Positions 19,186 through 28,422 of a stretch of DNA of 64,000 nt are shown here, piece after piece. The stretch is taken from positions 321,334 through 385,333 of the IMG/VR virus record IMGVR_UViG_3300032288_004964; one strand, 5' to 3'. Numbering within the stretch: the first letter of the stretch is position 1; each line of letters opens with the position of its first letter. The notes beneath the pieces are model-generated. The model saw only the letters and a list, made by a program, of their open reading frames with translations. It was not told the DNA's origin and searched no databases. The translations under genes and the position numbers were made by a program.

Positions 19186-19548
19186 ATGAGAAAAATGAGT
19201 CAATTAATAAAGGAAAGTGCAGAGTATGTAGGAGTTGGTTGTCAAAGTCTTAACTCTGAGTTAATATTCCTAACAGAAGGTGGCCATCAAGTAGGAAGTC
19301 TTGTAATTATCTACAATGAAAATACCGCTTCTATTTTTTCAGTAGAAGTTCTAAATAAACATAGAGGAAAAGGATATGGTAAGAAATTAGTAGTTGAGGC
19401 TATTAACAGAGCTAAGTCTAAAGGATCATTGTCATTAGAGTTAAACACTGAAACTGATAACACAGTTGCTAATAATCTTTATAAATCATTAGGATTTGAA
19501 CTAAATGGATTAAAAGATGATTTTAATAATTATAGAAAAATATTATAA
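19186..19548 (+). CDS. GNAT acetyltransferase with N-terminal tag
   Basis: VEVLNKHRGKGYGKKL (motif A), NTVANNLYKSLGF (motif B); MRKMSQLIKES; TAATATATAC 3 nt before ATG. Confidence 0.88.
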   Translation: MRKMSQLIKESAEYVGVGCQSLNSELIFLTEGGHQVGSLVIIYNENTASIFSVEVLNKHRGKGYGKKLVVEAINRAKSKGSLSLELNTETDNTVANNLYKSLGFELNGLKDDFNNYRKIL

Positions 19549-19550
19549 AT

Positions 19551-19578
19551 AAAAAGAGAGTCAAATGACTCTCTTTTT
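19551..19578. terminator. bidirectional intrinsic terminator
   Basis: aaaaagagagtc-aaat-gactctcttttt. Confidence 0.85.
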
Positions 19579-20049
19579 TTATTTACTTTTAGAAATTTCT
19601 TTTTCTTTTCTTTCCTTTTCTAATTCTTCTGGATGAAGTAATCCTCTACCATATATTTTGAATCTTTCATTATATCTTGTTTTAACTCTATCTGAAATAG
19701 GTATTGGAGAACCTTCTTCATCTAGCTTAACAAATACCATTTTTGTTGAGCAAACTATTTCTTGTTTACCTGTGTGAACATTATGTTTTCTTGCTTCAAG
19801 ATTAATAGTTACTGATGTGTTTCCAAATTTCTCAACTGAGGCATAAATCTTAATAAGATTTCCAACCTTAACGGGATTTTGAAAAACTACTTCTTCAATT
19901 TTCTTTGTTACCATTTTAGCTGAATCACATATCTGACAAGAATAAGCTGCTGCTGCCTCATCTAAAAAGGCCATCATTGATCCACCAAATAAATTTCCAT
20001 GTACACCTAGGTCTAAGGCCATACATATTTTTGTTGTTACTAATTCCAT
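19579..20049 (-). CDS. acyl-CoA thioesterase (hotdog fold)
   Basis: DLGVHGNLFGGSMMAFLDEAA, VTKKIEEVVFQNPV, FGNTSV, FVKLDEEGSP. Confidence 0.9.
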   Translation of the reverse strand: MELVTTKICMALDLGVHGNLFGGSMMAFLDEAAAAYSCQICDSAKMVTKKIEEVVFQNPVKVGNLIKIYASVEKFGNTSVTINLEARKHNVHTGKQEIVCSTKMVFVKLDEEGSPIPISDRVKTRYNERFKIYGRGLLHPEELEKERKEKEISKSK

Positions 20050-20051
20050 AA

Positions 20052-20555
20052 TTATTTTAATATTTCTTCTATTTTCATATCTCTTTCTTCATACTTTTCA
20101 GTTATATCTGCTAATCTAACTGTATATTTTGAAGTCATTGTTTCTAAGTTTACAAACTTAGTAATTGAAAACATTACAAGTTTTCTAAATTTCTTTTCAT
20201 TGAAAAAATTATCTAATTCATCATCACTATTAAAGTCAAAGTTACTAACCCTATAAGCCTTTGATACAAGATTACTACCTTCTATTTTAAAGATATTAAA
20301 AGATATTAGTGTTGATATAAATGATATTTTCTGCCAATGTTTATCTAAAAATGTTCCTAACCAAAGAGTTGGATCAACTGTAGCAACTCTAACATTAGTG
20401 TTCTCATGTCCCATTCTTTTGCTATTATCTAAAAGAAGTTTTAGACCTTCCATATTATACTCTGAAAATGGATAAATTGATATACTTTTTGGATCAAGAC
20501 TAATCTGTGGATCACTAGCTGACCAAATATTATGTTTTAATAGTTCCTCAAACAT
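20052..20555 (-). CDS. hypothetical protein with C-terminal tail motif
   Basis: ends ERDMKIEEILK. Confidence 0.75.
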   Translation of the reverse strand: MFEELLKHNIWSASDPQISLDPKSISIYPFSEYNMEGLKLLLDNSKRMGHENTNVRVATVDPTLWLGTFLDKHWQKISFISTLISFNIFKIEGSNLVSKAYRVSNFDFNSDDELDNFFNEKKFRKLVMFSITKFVNLETMTSKYTVRLADITEKYEERDMKIEEILK

Positions 20556-20968
20556 TATAAATCATATTTTTTTATTTCTATCCCAGCTTCTTTTAAGAAG
20601 TCTAAACCTGATGTATCTTTATAGTTTTCAAGATAAACTAACCTTTTTATTCCAGATTGTAGTATAAGTTTAGAACATTCTTTACAAGGTGAATGTGTTT
20701 GATATAAAGTACCACCTTCACAGGAATGTCCGTGTTTAGCACATTTTAAAATAGCGTTAGCTTCTCCGTGTATAACATACCAATTAGTATCACCATCACC
20801 ATTTTCACAAGAGTTATCAAATCCGGTTGGTGTGCCATTATATCCATCGGATATAATCATGCCGTTTTTAACTATTAAAGCACCTACTTGTTTTCTGGTG
20901 CAATGTGATAGTTTAGCCCACTCTGTAGCCATTTTAAGATAAACTATATCATACTTCTCTTGTTTCAT
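20555..20968 (-). CDS. dCMP deaminase
   Basis: SHCTRKQVGA, GYNGTP, HGEANAI, THSPCKEC. Confidence 0.93.
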   Translation of the reverse strand: MKQEKYDIVYLKMATEWAKLSHCTRKQVGALIVKNGMIISDGYNGTPTGFDNSCENGDGDTNWYVIHGEANAILKCAKHGHSCEGGTLYQTHSPCKECSKLILQSGIKRLVYLENYKDTSGLDFLKEAGIEIKKYDL

Positions 20969-21107
20969 CTGGGAACATTTTTTTTATTTTTTCTTTTCTT
21001 ATATCTTGTTTTTCTAACCCAATCATTTTCATAATCCAATCTGTTGAAAAGTATTTTTTACTGTATATACTTAACATATCTTTTATTAAATCTAATCTAC
21101 TTTTCAT
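20949..21107 (-). CDS. 52-aa portal (gp20)-fragment-like mini-protein with C-terminal tail (not in ORF track)
   Basis: Manual translation MKSRLDLIKDMLSIYSKKYFSTDWIMKMIGLEKQDIRKEKIKKMFPDETREV; overlaps both neighbours. Confidence 0.6.
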   Translation of the reverse strand: MKSRLDLIKDMLSIYSKKYFSTDWIMKMIGLEKQDIRKEKIKKMFPDETREV

Positions 21108-21285
21108 CAAATATTCTTTTTATTTTATTCTTTCTAATATTGGTCCTATATTTTCTAATAGCTCCTATAAAAGCAGATTGTGGATATATTCTACCATTAT
21201 TGTGTGTATTATCAAATGTTTGTAGAATACCTTTTAAGACAATTACCTTTTCATTAATATTAACTAATTTATCTTCTTCACTCAT
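21097..21285 (-). CDS. 62-aa prohead protease (gp21) N-terminal-fragment-like mini-protein with C-terminal tail
   Basis: VLKGILQTFDNTHNNGRIYPQSAF resembles gp21 IEGIFMQAEVVNRNKRLYP; ends NIRKNKIKRIFDEK. Confidence 0.65.
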   Translation of the reverse strand: MSEEDKLVNINEKVIVLKGILQTFDNTHNNGRIYPQSAFIGAIRKYRTNIRKNKIKRIFDEK

Positions 21286-21463
21286 CTGGAAATAATCTTT
21301 TTATTTTTTCTTTTCTGATATTAGCTCTTTCATCTTTAAGTAGATTATTGATAACACTACCAACCATTGGATTAGTAACAAACCAATCACCGGATCCTCT
21401 TCTTGATTTATCAGCAATCATAGATGATGCTTTTAATAATTTATCAAGTAAGTCTTTCTGCAT
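21278..21463 (-). CDS. 61-aa major capsid protein (gp23)-fragment-like mini-protein with C-terminal tail
   Basis: LLKASSMIADKSRRGSGDWFVTNPMVGSVI resembles gp23 IA..T.RG.GNFI..S..V...L; ends NIRKEKIKRLFPDE. Confidence 0.65.
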   Translation of the reverse strand: MQKDLLDKLLKASSMIADKSRRGSGDWFVTNPMVGSVINNLLKDERANIRKEKIKRLFPDE

Positions 21464-22235
21464 GATTAATTTTAGTTTTTACATTCCAATCTCTTGGTAA
21501 ATACTGACATTGATTATTTTCTAAAAAGTGACTTCTCCACATTTCCACAAAAGATTGTATATCAGTTATTTGACTCATAACAATTTGCCCATGAGTTTTA
21601 TTCAAAATAGTTGTTCTAACCTCTGAAATCTCATTTAGCTTTTTCTTAGATAGTCTTTTGATAGAGAATCTATTTTTTAATTCTGACTTTAAATACTTAA
21701 TTCTTTTTGTAGGAATTTTACTTAAATCTTCTTTGAGTAAAGTCATTGCCATTTTACTAAACTTAATAAATTCTTTATCCTGAGTTGTTTCTCCATTAAC
21801 TGGAGCATTATACTCATTTGCTAAAAAGTCTTTTAATTTATCCGCTTGTCTTTCATATCTTTCGTGACATTGAACACAAAGTGAAAGAACATCATGAAAG
21901 TTATGTGATTTAAGACTTATTGGAAAGTATTTGCGATAACAATAAGGAACAACGTGATGTCTAGTTAAGTATTCTTCAGATCCGCAGCAAACGCACTTGT
22001 TGCTCATTTCTGTTAATCCAAATTCTTTATTATGATTACCTAATCCTTGTGGTTGAAACTTTAACTTAATAGTTAAAGGTTTTTCTTTGATGATATCTGC
22101 TAAATTTCTATTAAGATACCAATTAGCTTTTTTATCATCACATCTAAACATAAGAATACCACCAGGTGAAAACACCTGGCAGTTTCCATAAATCTTTCGG
22201 TTTTTAGTTGCTCCGTATGATGATATTAAACTCAC
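21444..22235 (-). CDS. HNH-type nuclease resembling the EXD2 C-terminal domain
   Basis: YGNCQVFSPGG..MFRCDDKKANWYL, CVCCG, RHHVVPYCYRKYFP, SHNFHDVLSLCVQCH. Confidence 0.8.
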   Translation of the reverse strand: MSLISSYGATKNRKIYGNCQVFSPGGILMFRCDDKKANWYLNRNLADIIKEKPLTIKLKFQPQGLGNHNKEFGLTEMSNKCVCCGSEEYLTRHHVVPYCYRKYFPISLKSHNFHDVLSLCVQCHERYERQADKLKDFLANEYNAPVNGETTQDKEFIKFSKMAMTLLKEDLSKIPTKRIKYLKSELKNRFSIKRLSKKKLNEISEVRTTILNKTHGQIVMSQITDIQSFVEMWRSHFLENNQCQYLPRDWNVKTKINHAERLT

Positions 22236-22789
22236 GACTTTTTGTCAATCTGTAATATGCCTAGTTCTACTGGTGTTTTTCTACCAAATATTAGAACTGA
22301 TACTTTAACTTTTTTATCTTTAATTTCTTCAATTGTTCCAAAGAATCCATTGAAAGGTCCATCAAGAACTTTTACTTCTTCTCCTACAACAAAAGTAGCT
22401 TCTGGTTCTAGTTCTTCTTTTGATTCTTCATGTTTACCTAACATGCTATTTACTTCAGCTTGTGAAAGAGGTTGAACTCCACCAGCTCTATTAGTTAAGA
22501 ATCCTTGAGCACCATTAACTCCTTTTAGGAAATATTTCAATTCACCAATTGCGTTGGTTTCAATAAAAATGTATCCAGGAAAAAGAACTTTTTCTCTCAT
22601 TACCTTTTTACCATTCTTTAGAAAAAAGCTTTTCTCAATAGGAACAATAACTTGACCTACCTTTCCAAAAAGATCTCCTTTTTCTGCTTCTTTAATTAAT
22701 CTCTCAGATACACTTTTTTCTCTGTTAGATTGTGCTCTAACTACATACCATTTCATTGTAGTTTGTTTTTCCATAGTTGCTGTATTCAT
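22232..22789 (-). CDS. nusG: transcription factor NusG
   Basis: WYVVRAQSNRE, LFPGYIFIE, VKVLDGPFNGF (KOW), VLIFGRKTPVEL. Confidence 0.95.
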   Translation of the reverse strand: MNTATMEKQTTMKWYVVRAQSNREKSVSERLIKEAEKGDLFGKVGQVIVPIEKSFFLKNGKKVMREKVLFPGYIFIETNAIGELKYFLKGVNGAQGFLTNRAGGVQPLSQAEVNSMLGKHEESKEELEPEATFVVGEEVKVLDGPFNGFFGTIEEIKDKKVKVSVLIFGRKTPVELGILQIDKKS

Positions 22790-22800
22790 TTGTTTATATT

Positions 22801-23196
22801 TTATTTGTTATTCTTTTCTAAGTCTTTATACCATTTCAATTCTTCTTTGATAAAATCTGGATGATTTTCTATTAAATAATCCAAATCAATATCTTTAATC
22901 TTTAGTTTCAATAGTAAAAGTTTATAATCCTTTTCAGGAATTTCAGACTTATTAGATTTTTCTGACTTAGACCAAAACCAATATGGGTAGGGTTTGTCTT
23001 TCATAAAATGATACCATAAATCTAAAGAGGATACTTTATCTATTAATTTAAGATTCAAAAGTTGAGCTCTTTCAGGATATTTCTTTGCAAAATATCTATT
23101 AAAGATAAAGAAAAATTTCTCTTTATCCTCATCTTTTATTTTTTCCCAAGGTGCTTTTCTAAACATAGCATTGGCAACATCTATCAATTCAGCCAT
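22801..23196 (-). CDS. hypothetical protein, possibly T4 gp62-like clamp-loader small subunit
   Basis: FIFNRYFAKKYP..AQLLN..W pattern; sits next to RNase H. Confidence 0.35.
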   Translation of the reverse strand: MAELIDVANAMFRKAPWEKIKDEDKEKFFFIFNRYFAKKYPERAQLLNLKLIDKVSSLDLWYHFMKDKPYPYWFWSKSEKSNKSEIPEKDYKLLLLKLKIKDIDLDYLIENHPDFIKEELKWYKDLEKNNK

Positions 23197-23197
23197 A

Positions 23198-24181
23198 TTA
23201 TCTTAATAAATTACTACCAGAGTAACCATTTTCCATTTTATCAATAATTTCCTGTGGTAAATTATGTAATCTCAAATCAATAAGTTTCATATTACCTTTA
23301 ATATTTTCTACAATAGATTCAATTTGAGTTTTACTTAATTTCTTTTTCTCACAAATTAAATCAGCTATATTCTCATATAAATCTGGATCACTTAAATTAA
23401 GTTCACCAAACTCTAAAATATAATCATTGTATATTGATTGAGCTCCTTTACCACCAATACCTCTTTTTCTACCATTCTTAGTTACAGACCAAACAGAACC
23501 AATATTATCACTTTGGTCACCAGATATAATCTTAACCATAAGAGATTCTACAGGGTCAATTTCATTAACCTCATATTTACTAATAAACTTATCCATTAAG
23601 TTTAAAAAGTCAGAGTTATCATTTAAGTTAAATATATCATCACTTGGAAGTTTAGATACTTTATTTAAGAATATTTGATAATTCTTTGGTAAGAATAGTT
23701 TTTCTCGGTTATACATCTCATTAGTCATTATATTGACAAAAAGAGGGTCTAGGCCGTAGTTTACAATTTGTTTGATATCATAGTCATTTGATACTATAAT
23801 AGTTGACCTTCCTTCTTTATTTGCTTTAGTTACTAAAAAAGAAATCCAGTCATCACCTTCAACATGTGGTGCTTCTAATACTTTTACGAATCCTCTTAAA
23901 GATTCTTTAAATTCACCATAAGCACTATAAACAAAGTTCCAATCAATATCAGAATCTTTTTTACGAGTAGACTTATAGCCAGTTGTATATTGTTTTCTCC
24001 AAGATTTCTCTTTAGAGTCAGATACAAAATAAACATTAGTAAATGGATACCATTTTCTATAATTATTAACAGATGATTCTAATGACTTATGTAGTGCTCC
24101 GAAAAGTAAATTATTTTTGTGTAAAGTGAATGCGTTTTTAGATAGTAAAAAATTACCATCAATTATTAAATCTACTAACAT
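23198..24181 (-). CDS. T4 RNase H / FEN-family 5'-3' exonuclease
   Basis: LIIDGN, SWRK, EGDDWI, IVSNDYDIKQ, SGDQSDNI. Confidence 0.88.
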   Translation of the reverse strand: MLVDLIIDGNFLLSKNAFTLHKNNLLFGALHKSLESSVNNYRKWYPFTNVYFVSDSKEKSWRKQYTTGYKSTRKKDSDIDWNFVYSAYGEFKESLRGFVKVLEAPHVEGDDWISFLVTKANKEGRSTIIVSNDYDIKQIVNYGLDPLFVNIMTNEMYNREKLFLPKNYQIFLNKVSKLPSDDIFNLNDNSDFLNLMDKFISKYEVNEIDPVESLMVKIISGDQSDNIGSVWSVTKNGRKRGIGGKGAQSIYNDYILEFGELNLSDPDLYENIADLICEKKKLSKTQIESIVENIKGNMKLIDLRLHNLPQEIIDKMENGYSGSNLLR

Positions 24182-24222
24182 TAGCTATTTTATTTTAATA
24201 TATATAGAAAAAAATAACAAAT

Positions 24223-25125
24223 ATGTTGTTAACAAAGTTAATTAATATTACAATGAATAGAGGAAATTTAGGATACTATAATAAAGTTATGTTGAATAAA
24301 TATAAAATCGGAGAAATTATTGAAGTACCAATTAATTTAATTCCTAAAAGTTCATATGTTGTGGTGGATGTTCTATGTGATATTTGCAAAAAAGAATCAA
24401 CTACAACATATAGAAACTATAATGATTGTCTTAATTATGGATTCTACTCTTGTGGTAAGTGTAAACATATTAAGAGAAAAATGACAAATAAAATAAAACA
24501 TGGTATTGATAATTATCAAAATGTTGATAAGATAAAAAGTACGATGATTGATAGATATGGCTATTATAACAATAATAGAGATAAATCTAAAAAAACTTGC
24601 ATTGATAAATATGGAGAGGATAATGTTTCTAAAGTTGACTCGGTTAAACTAACAAAATCTAAAACAAATATCGATAATTGGGGAGTTAGTAATGTATTTC
24701 AATCTAATGAGATAAAGATGAAGTCCAAAAAGACAATGCTTAGTAAGTTTGGAGTTGAACATGCAAATCAAGATTTTAATACCTTTAATAAGGCTCAGAT
24801 ATCTGGATATAAAATAAAAAAATATGGTGGTATTTATTATAGAGGTAAAAATGAACTAGATTTTATAAAATATTGTGAACTTAGAGGTATTAAAGTTGAA
24901 AATGGTCCGTCCGTTAAATTTAAGATTGATAATAAGTTAAAAGTATATCACTCTGACTTCTATATTAGAGATATTAATTTAATATGTGAGATTAAATCAA
25001 AATATACATATGATTATAATAAAAGTATAAATGATTTAAAGAGAGATGCTTGTATAGAACAAGGGTATAAATTTATATTTATAATTGATATGAATTATAC
25101 TGAATTTAATAATATTAACCAATAA
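24223..25125 (+). CDS. homing endonuclease-like: Zn finger, KYG repeats, PD-(D/E)XK domain
   Basis: CDIC..., KHGIDN/KYGEDN/KFGVEH repeats, YHSDFY...ICEIKS. Confidence 0.75.
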   Translation: MLLTKLINITMNRGNLGYYNKVMLNKYKIGEIIEVPINLIPKSSYVVVDVLCDICKKESTTTYRNYNDCLNYGFYSCGKCKHIKRKMTNKIKHGIDNYQNVDKIKSTMIDRYGYYNNNRDKSKKTCIDKYGEDNVSKVDSVKLTKSKTNIDNWGVSNVFQSNEIKMKSKKTMLSKFGVEHANQDFNTFNKAQISGYKIKKYGGIYYRGKNELDFIKYCELRGIKVENGPSVKFKIDNKLKVYHSDFYIRDINLICEIKSKYTYDYNKSINDLKRDACIEQGYKFIFIIDMNYTEFNNINQ

Positions 25126-25540
25126 GTTTTCTTATGTTGCTTTCTCTTTTCAACTTTAAATCCTGATATGAATTATCAATGATTTTATCTAAAGCATCCT
25201 TTTGTAATCTTATATTTACATCAGTTATAATCTTTGCATATTTTTTTGCAAATTCAATATTCTCATCTTTATATTCATTGTAATCATCTCGTGATAAAAT
25301 CACTAATCCTGTTTCTGGACAAACACAAAAATGAATTCTTTGTGTTAATATTGATAAGCCAAGTGCATTGTTTGTTCTGCTTATCATTTTTGTATCTATG
25401 TCGATAGAATAATAAAACTCTTTCTTTTTCTTATCAGTATAGATATCTATTTCTATTTCTTCTAATCTATACTCAATTAAATCATCAATAAATTCTGATA
25501 ATTTATTTATCATGTAATCAGTCACTAATAATAGAATCAA
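25115..25540 (-). CDS. hypothetical protein with C-terminal tail motif (likely start ATG 25513)
   Basis: ends LKRESNIRKLIG. Confidence 0.7.
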   Translation of the reverse strand: MILLLVTDYMINKLSEFIDDLIEYRLEEIEIDIYTDKKKKEFYYSIDIDTKMISRTNNALGLSILTQRIHFCVCPETGLVILSRDDYNEYKDENIEFAKKYAKIITDVNIRLQKDALDKIIDNSYQDLKLKRESNIRKLIG

Positions 25541-25919
25541 TTTTTCTATCTCTTTCTAAGATTAAAAACTTTCTTTCTAAAAAAGTTGATATTTTGTCTG
25601 GTAAACTAACACCTTGTTTAAGTAATTCGTCATAATATGGTTTTCCCAAAACATTTATACAAGCTATAATCGATACCACATTACTATCTTTATATCCTTC
25701 AATTTCAACATCTTCTCCTAAAATATGATATGTGCTTTTTGCTGATATTCCTTGTAAAGTAGTATAGGTTGATCCTGCTGTAGTTATTGTACCAGAAGTT
25801 ATTGTAGATGATCCAGATCCATATATTCCATATGCACCATATGCAACACTTGATCCAGTTAGACCATATCCTATAGCTGATGTGTGCACATTATTTCCGT
25901 TGATATTTACAAATCCCAT
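25518..25919 (-). CDS. hypothetical protein, G/S/T-rich N-half, C-terminal tail motif
   Basis: ends ERDRKIDSIISD. Confidence 0.75.
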   Translation of the reverse strand: MGFVNINGNNVHTSAIGYGLTGSSVAYGAYGIYGSGSSTITSGTITTAGSTYTTLQGISAKSTYHILGEDVEIEGYKDSNVVSIIACINVLGKPYYDELLKQGVSLPDKISTFLERKFLILERDRKIDSIISD

Positions 25920-25948
25920 ATCAATTATATAATTGAGATTAGAAAAGT

Positions 25949-27532
25949 TTATACCACTCTTAGATATCTAGGTGTATCAAACTTATCGGTTTGTATTGAA
26001 AGTGCGTATCTTAAAATCTTAGTTACTACATCATTAGATTCTTTGTGACTTATCTCATGTAATTGAATTATAGAAAGAACAACTTGTAAAGATTGTACTC
26101 TTGAGATTAACTTCTTTTCGCTATTAGAAATATCTTTCCCTCTTGTTATTGGTCTAACAATAATTAAATTACCTTCTGTTTGTTTCTTAATCTTATTAAT
26201 AGTAGATATTAAACTTTTAACTAAAGATTTTAGTTGGTCAATATTTAAAGCTGATAACTCCTGATAGGTTTGTAATTTTTGAATCTTTAATCCTGATTGT
26301 ATCTTAGAATCCAATATTCTTTTAATTGCTTTGAATGATACTTTACCATGTCTTGAAGAAGAACCTTCAACTTCACCATCAATGTTTTGATCTTTGCTAG
26401 TATCAGATGAATCAAAATTTATATTTCTGTCTTTAACATCAACATCTTTATCATTTCTGTGTTTCCAAATTGAAGTAGTTGATATTTTAGAAGATATTCC
26501 TCTCATATCAGATCCAACCATAAATGATTTAATGAAAAAGTCCGGTAATTCTTTACCTAATTCAGAATTAGTAATAATCTTAAAACTTCCAGATACTTTC
26601 TTTAATGAAAGTGGAATTAACATTTTAGAATCAAAGTATTTATTCAATACCATATTGAGTTCATTTATTGTTTCAGCAGAATTGATATCAGTTAGAATTC
26701 TTTCTTTATCAATAAAACTAATCATATAAACATCAGCTGGACAATATTTAGTTATATTTATATCAGTAAAATCTTCAATTTTTGATAATTCTTTATACTT
26801 ATTGTAAATAGCTACATAAGGTGAGTCAGATCCACTATAACCAACATGGTATATAGAGTAAACTTTATTAATATCTATAAAATTACCTGTCTTAGACCAT
26901 AATTTATTAGGTATTCTAAAAAATGTTTCTAACCAGTTAGGATCTTGTAAAAAGTCATCTATTAGATTTTCATCTATTTTAAAACCTCTCATATCATCTT
27001 CTTTCATCACCGAATCTGGTAAATGAACTAAGTTGGATGGATAATTTACAAACTTATTAAAAAATCTTAGTAGATTTGATGAACTTAAATAAGATTCAGG
27101 AAAAGCTTGCTTTATTGCTAAAAATATACACTGAACTGATTCAAATTGTTTTACCAATCTACCAGCACCAGCAGAACCAAACTCTCTTGTTTTCTTAAAC
27201 TGATTTAATCTAAATTCATCACCATCTTCATCTTTGAAGACTGGTTCATATCTATTACCCTTTGTAAAGTATTTCTTAGCTTTATCAGTATCATATTTTC
27301 CATCAGTAGTTATATTATCAACCACATCAGATGGTTCTACCCAATTACCCTCTTCATCTTTCATTTTATCTACTTCAATATTTTTATTATTGTTAGTAGT
27401 AAATGAAGGATCTTCTTTTAGTTTTCTAACTAAAACATCACCTCTTTTTTCATCATCTCTTACTTTACCTAGTTCAGCAAGATTTAATTCTACTTCTTCT
27501 AAGAAGCTTTTATAATTTGGTATTTTTTTCAT
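25949..27532 (-). CDS. putative virion-packaged PD-(D/E)XK-like nuclease
   Basis: MKKIPNYKSFLEE tag; FESVQC, CPADVYMI, LIPLSLKK; TAATATATAT 5 nt before ATG. Confidence 0.55.
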   Translation of the reverse strand: MKKIPNYKSFLEEVELNLAELGKVRDDEKRGDVLVRKLKEDPSFTTNNNKNIEVDKMKDEEGNWVEPSDVVDNITTDGKYDTDKAKKYFTKGNRYEPVFKDEDGDEFRLNQFKKTREFGSAGAGRLVKQFESVQCIFLAIKQAFPESYLSSSNLLRFFNKFVNYPSNLVHLPDSVMKEDDMRGFKIDENLIDDFLQDPNWLETFFRIPNKLWSKTGNFIDINKVYSIYHVGYSGSDSPYVAIYNKYKELSKIEDFTDINITKYCPADVYMISFIDKERILTDINSAETINELNMVLNKYFDSKMLIPLSLKKVSGSFKIITNSELGKELPDFFIKSFMVGSDMRGISSKISTTSIWKHRNDKDVDVKDRNINFDSSDTSKDQNIDGEVEGSSSRHGKVSFKAIKRILDSKIQSGLKIQKLQTYQELSALNIDQLKSLVKSLISTINKIKKQTEGNLIIVRPITRGKDISNSEKKLISRVQSLQVVLSIIQLHEISHKESNDVVTKILRYALSIQTDKFDTPRYLRVV

Positions 27533-27563
27533 CTAACATATATATTAAATATGTTAGACGGAA

Positions 27564-28088
27564 TTATAAAATTTTACTAATTTGTATATCTCTATAAAGA
27601 CCTGTAAAAGATTCTCTTATATCTTCATCATATTCATAGAAATTTCTATTTCCGTAAAAGTCATAATGTTCTCTATTTACTTTTTTCTCAATTTTATCAT
27701 ATGCTTCTTTGACTAAATCAAAACAGTCTTCTTTTTCAGTCCATTTAACCATATTATAAATCAAATCAAAACCAATGTCATTAAATCCTCTAAAGAAGTA
27801 TTTATTAGAATAGTTATTAAAATAGTTTTCAATTATTACTTTATTTAAATTTTCAATCCTTTTTGGTATTGATAATAAAGGTGTTGTGAAATAAAACTCA
27901 CAACCTAAACACATTAAATGTTTTGTTAATTTCAAAATAGCATTATGAACTTTAGAATCTAAGAAAACATATACAATATCATCTTTAATAAAACATACAG
28001 GCACATGTTCATATTTCTTAAACATAAGAAATTTTCCTTTAATAGTCCAGGACTTATTATTATCAGGTATTAAATCACTTAATTCCAT
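27564..28088 (-). CDS. hypothetical protein with C-terminal tail motif
   Basis: ends YRDIQISKIL. Confidence 0.75.
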   Translation of the reverse strand: MELSDLIPDNNKSWTIKGKFLMFKKYEHVPVCFIKDDIVYVFLDSKVHNAILKLTKHLMCLGCEFYFTTPLLSIPKRIENLNKVIIENYFNNYSNKYFFRGFNDIGFDLIYNMVKWTEKEDCFDLVKEAYDKIEKKVNREHYDFYGNRNFYEYDEDIRESFTGLYRDIQISKIL

Positions 28089-28401
28089 ACTCTTTTATTA
28101 TTTTCAAAAATAATCTCTTATTATATTCCCTAGTTTCTAACTTTCTACTATCTCTATAAGACTCCTTTGATCTATTTGGGGAATACTTAATTTTATATTT
28201 TGAATCCCATTTAGTTGTAACATGTGTTTTGAATCTATGAGCATCTTTAGATCCTATGTAATCTTTTACATTACCAGGATCATGACCATATTCGTTTACA
28301 TCTTGGAAGTATCTCCAGTAAGAGCGTATTTTAATAGTAGTCTTAATTCTACTAATTACTATTTTTTCTTCCATATGTCTTCGCCAGGCACGATCTCTCA
28401 T
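28075..28401 (-). CDS. basic hypothetical protein (start revised from 28410)
   Basis: TATATTTG at 28408-28415 (minus strand), ATG after a 6-nt gap. Confidence 0.7.
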   Translation of the reverse strand: MRDRAWRRHMEEKIVISRIKTTIKIRSYWRYFQDVNEYGHDPGNVKDYIGSKDAHRFKTHVTTKWDSKYKIKYSPNRSKESYRDSRKLETREYNKRLFLKIIKEYGIK

Positions 28402-28422
28402 ACCCAACAAATATAAGGAAAA

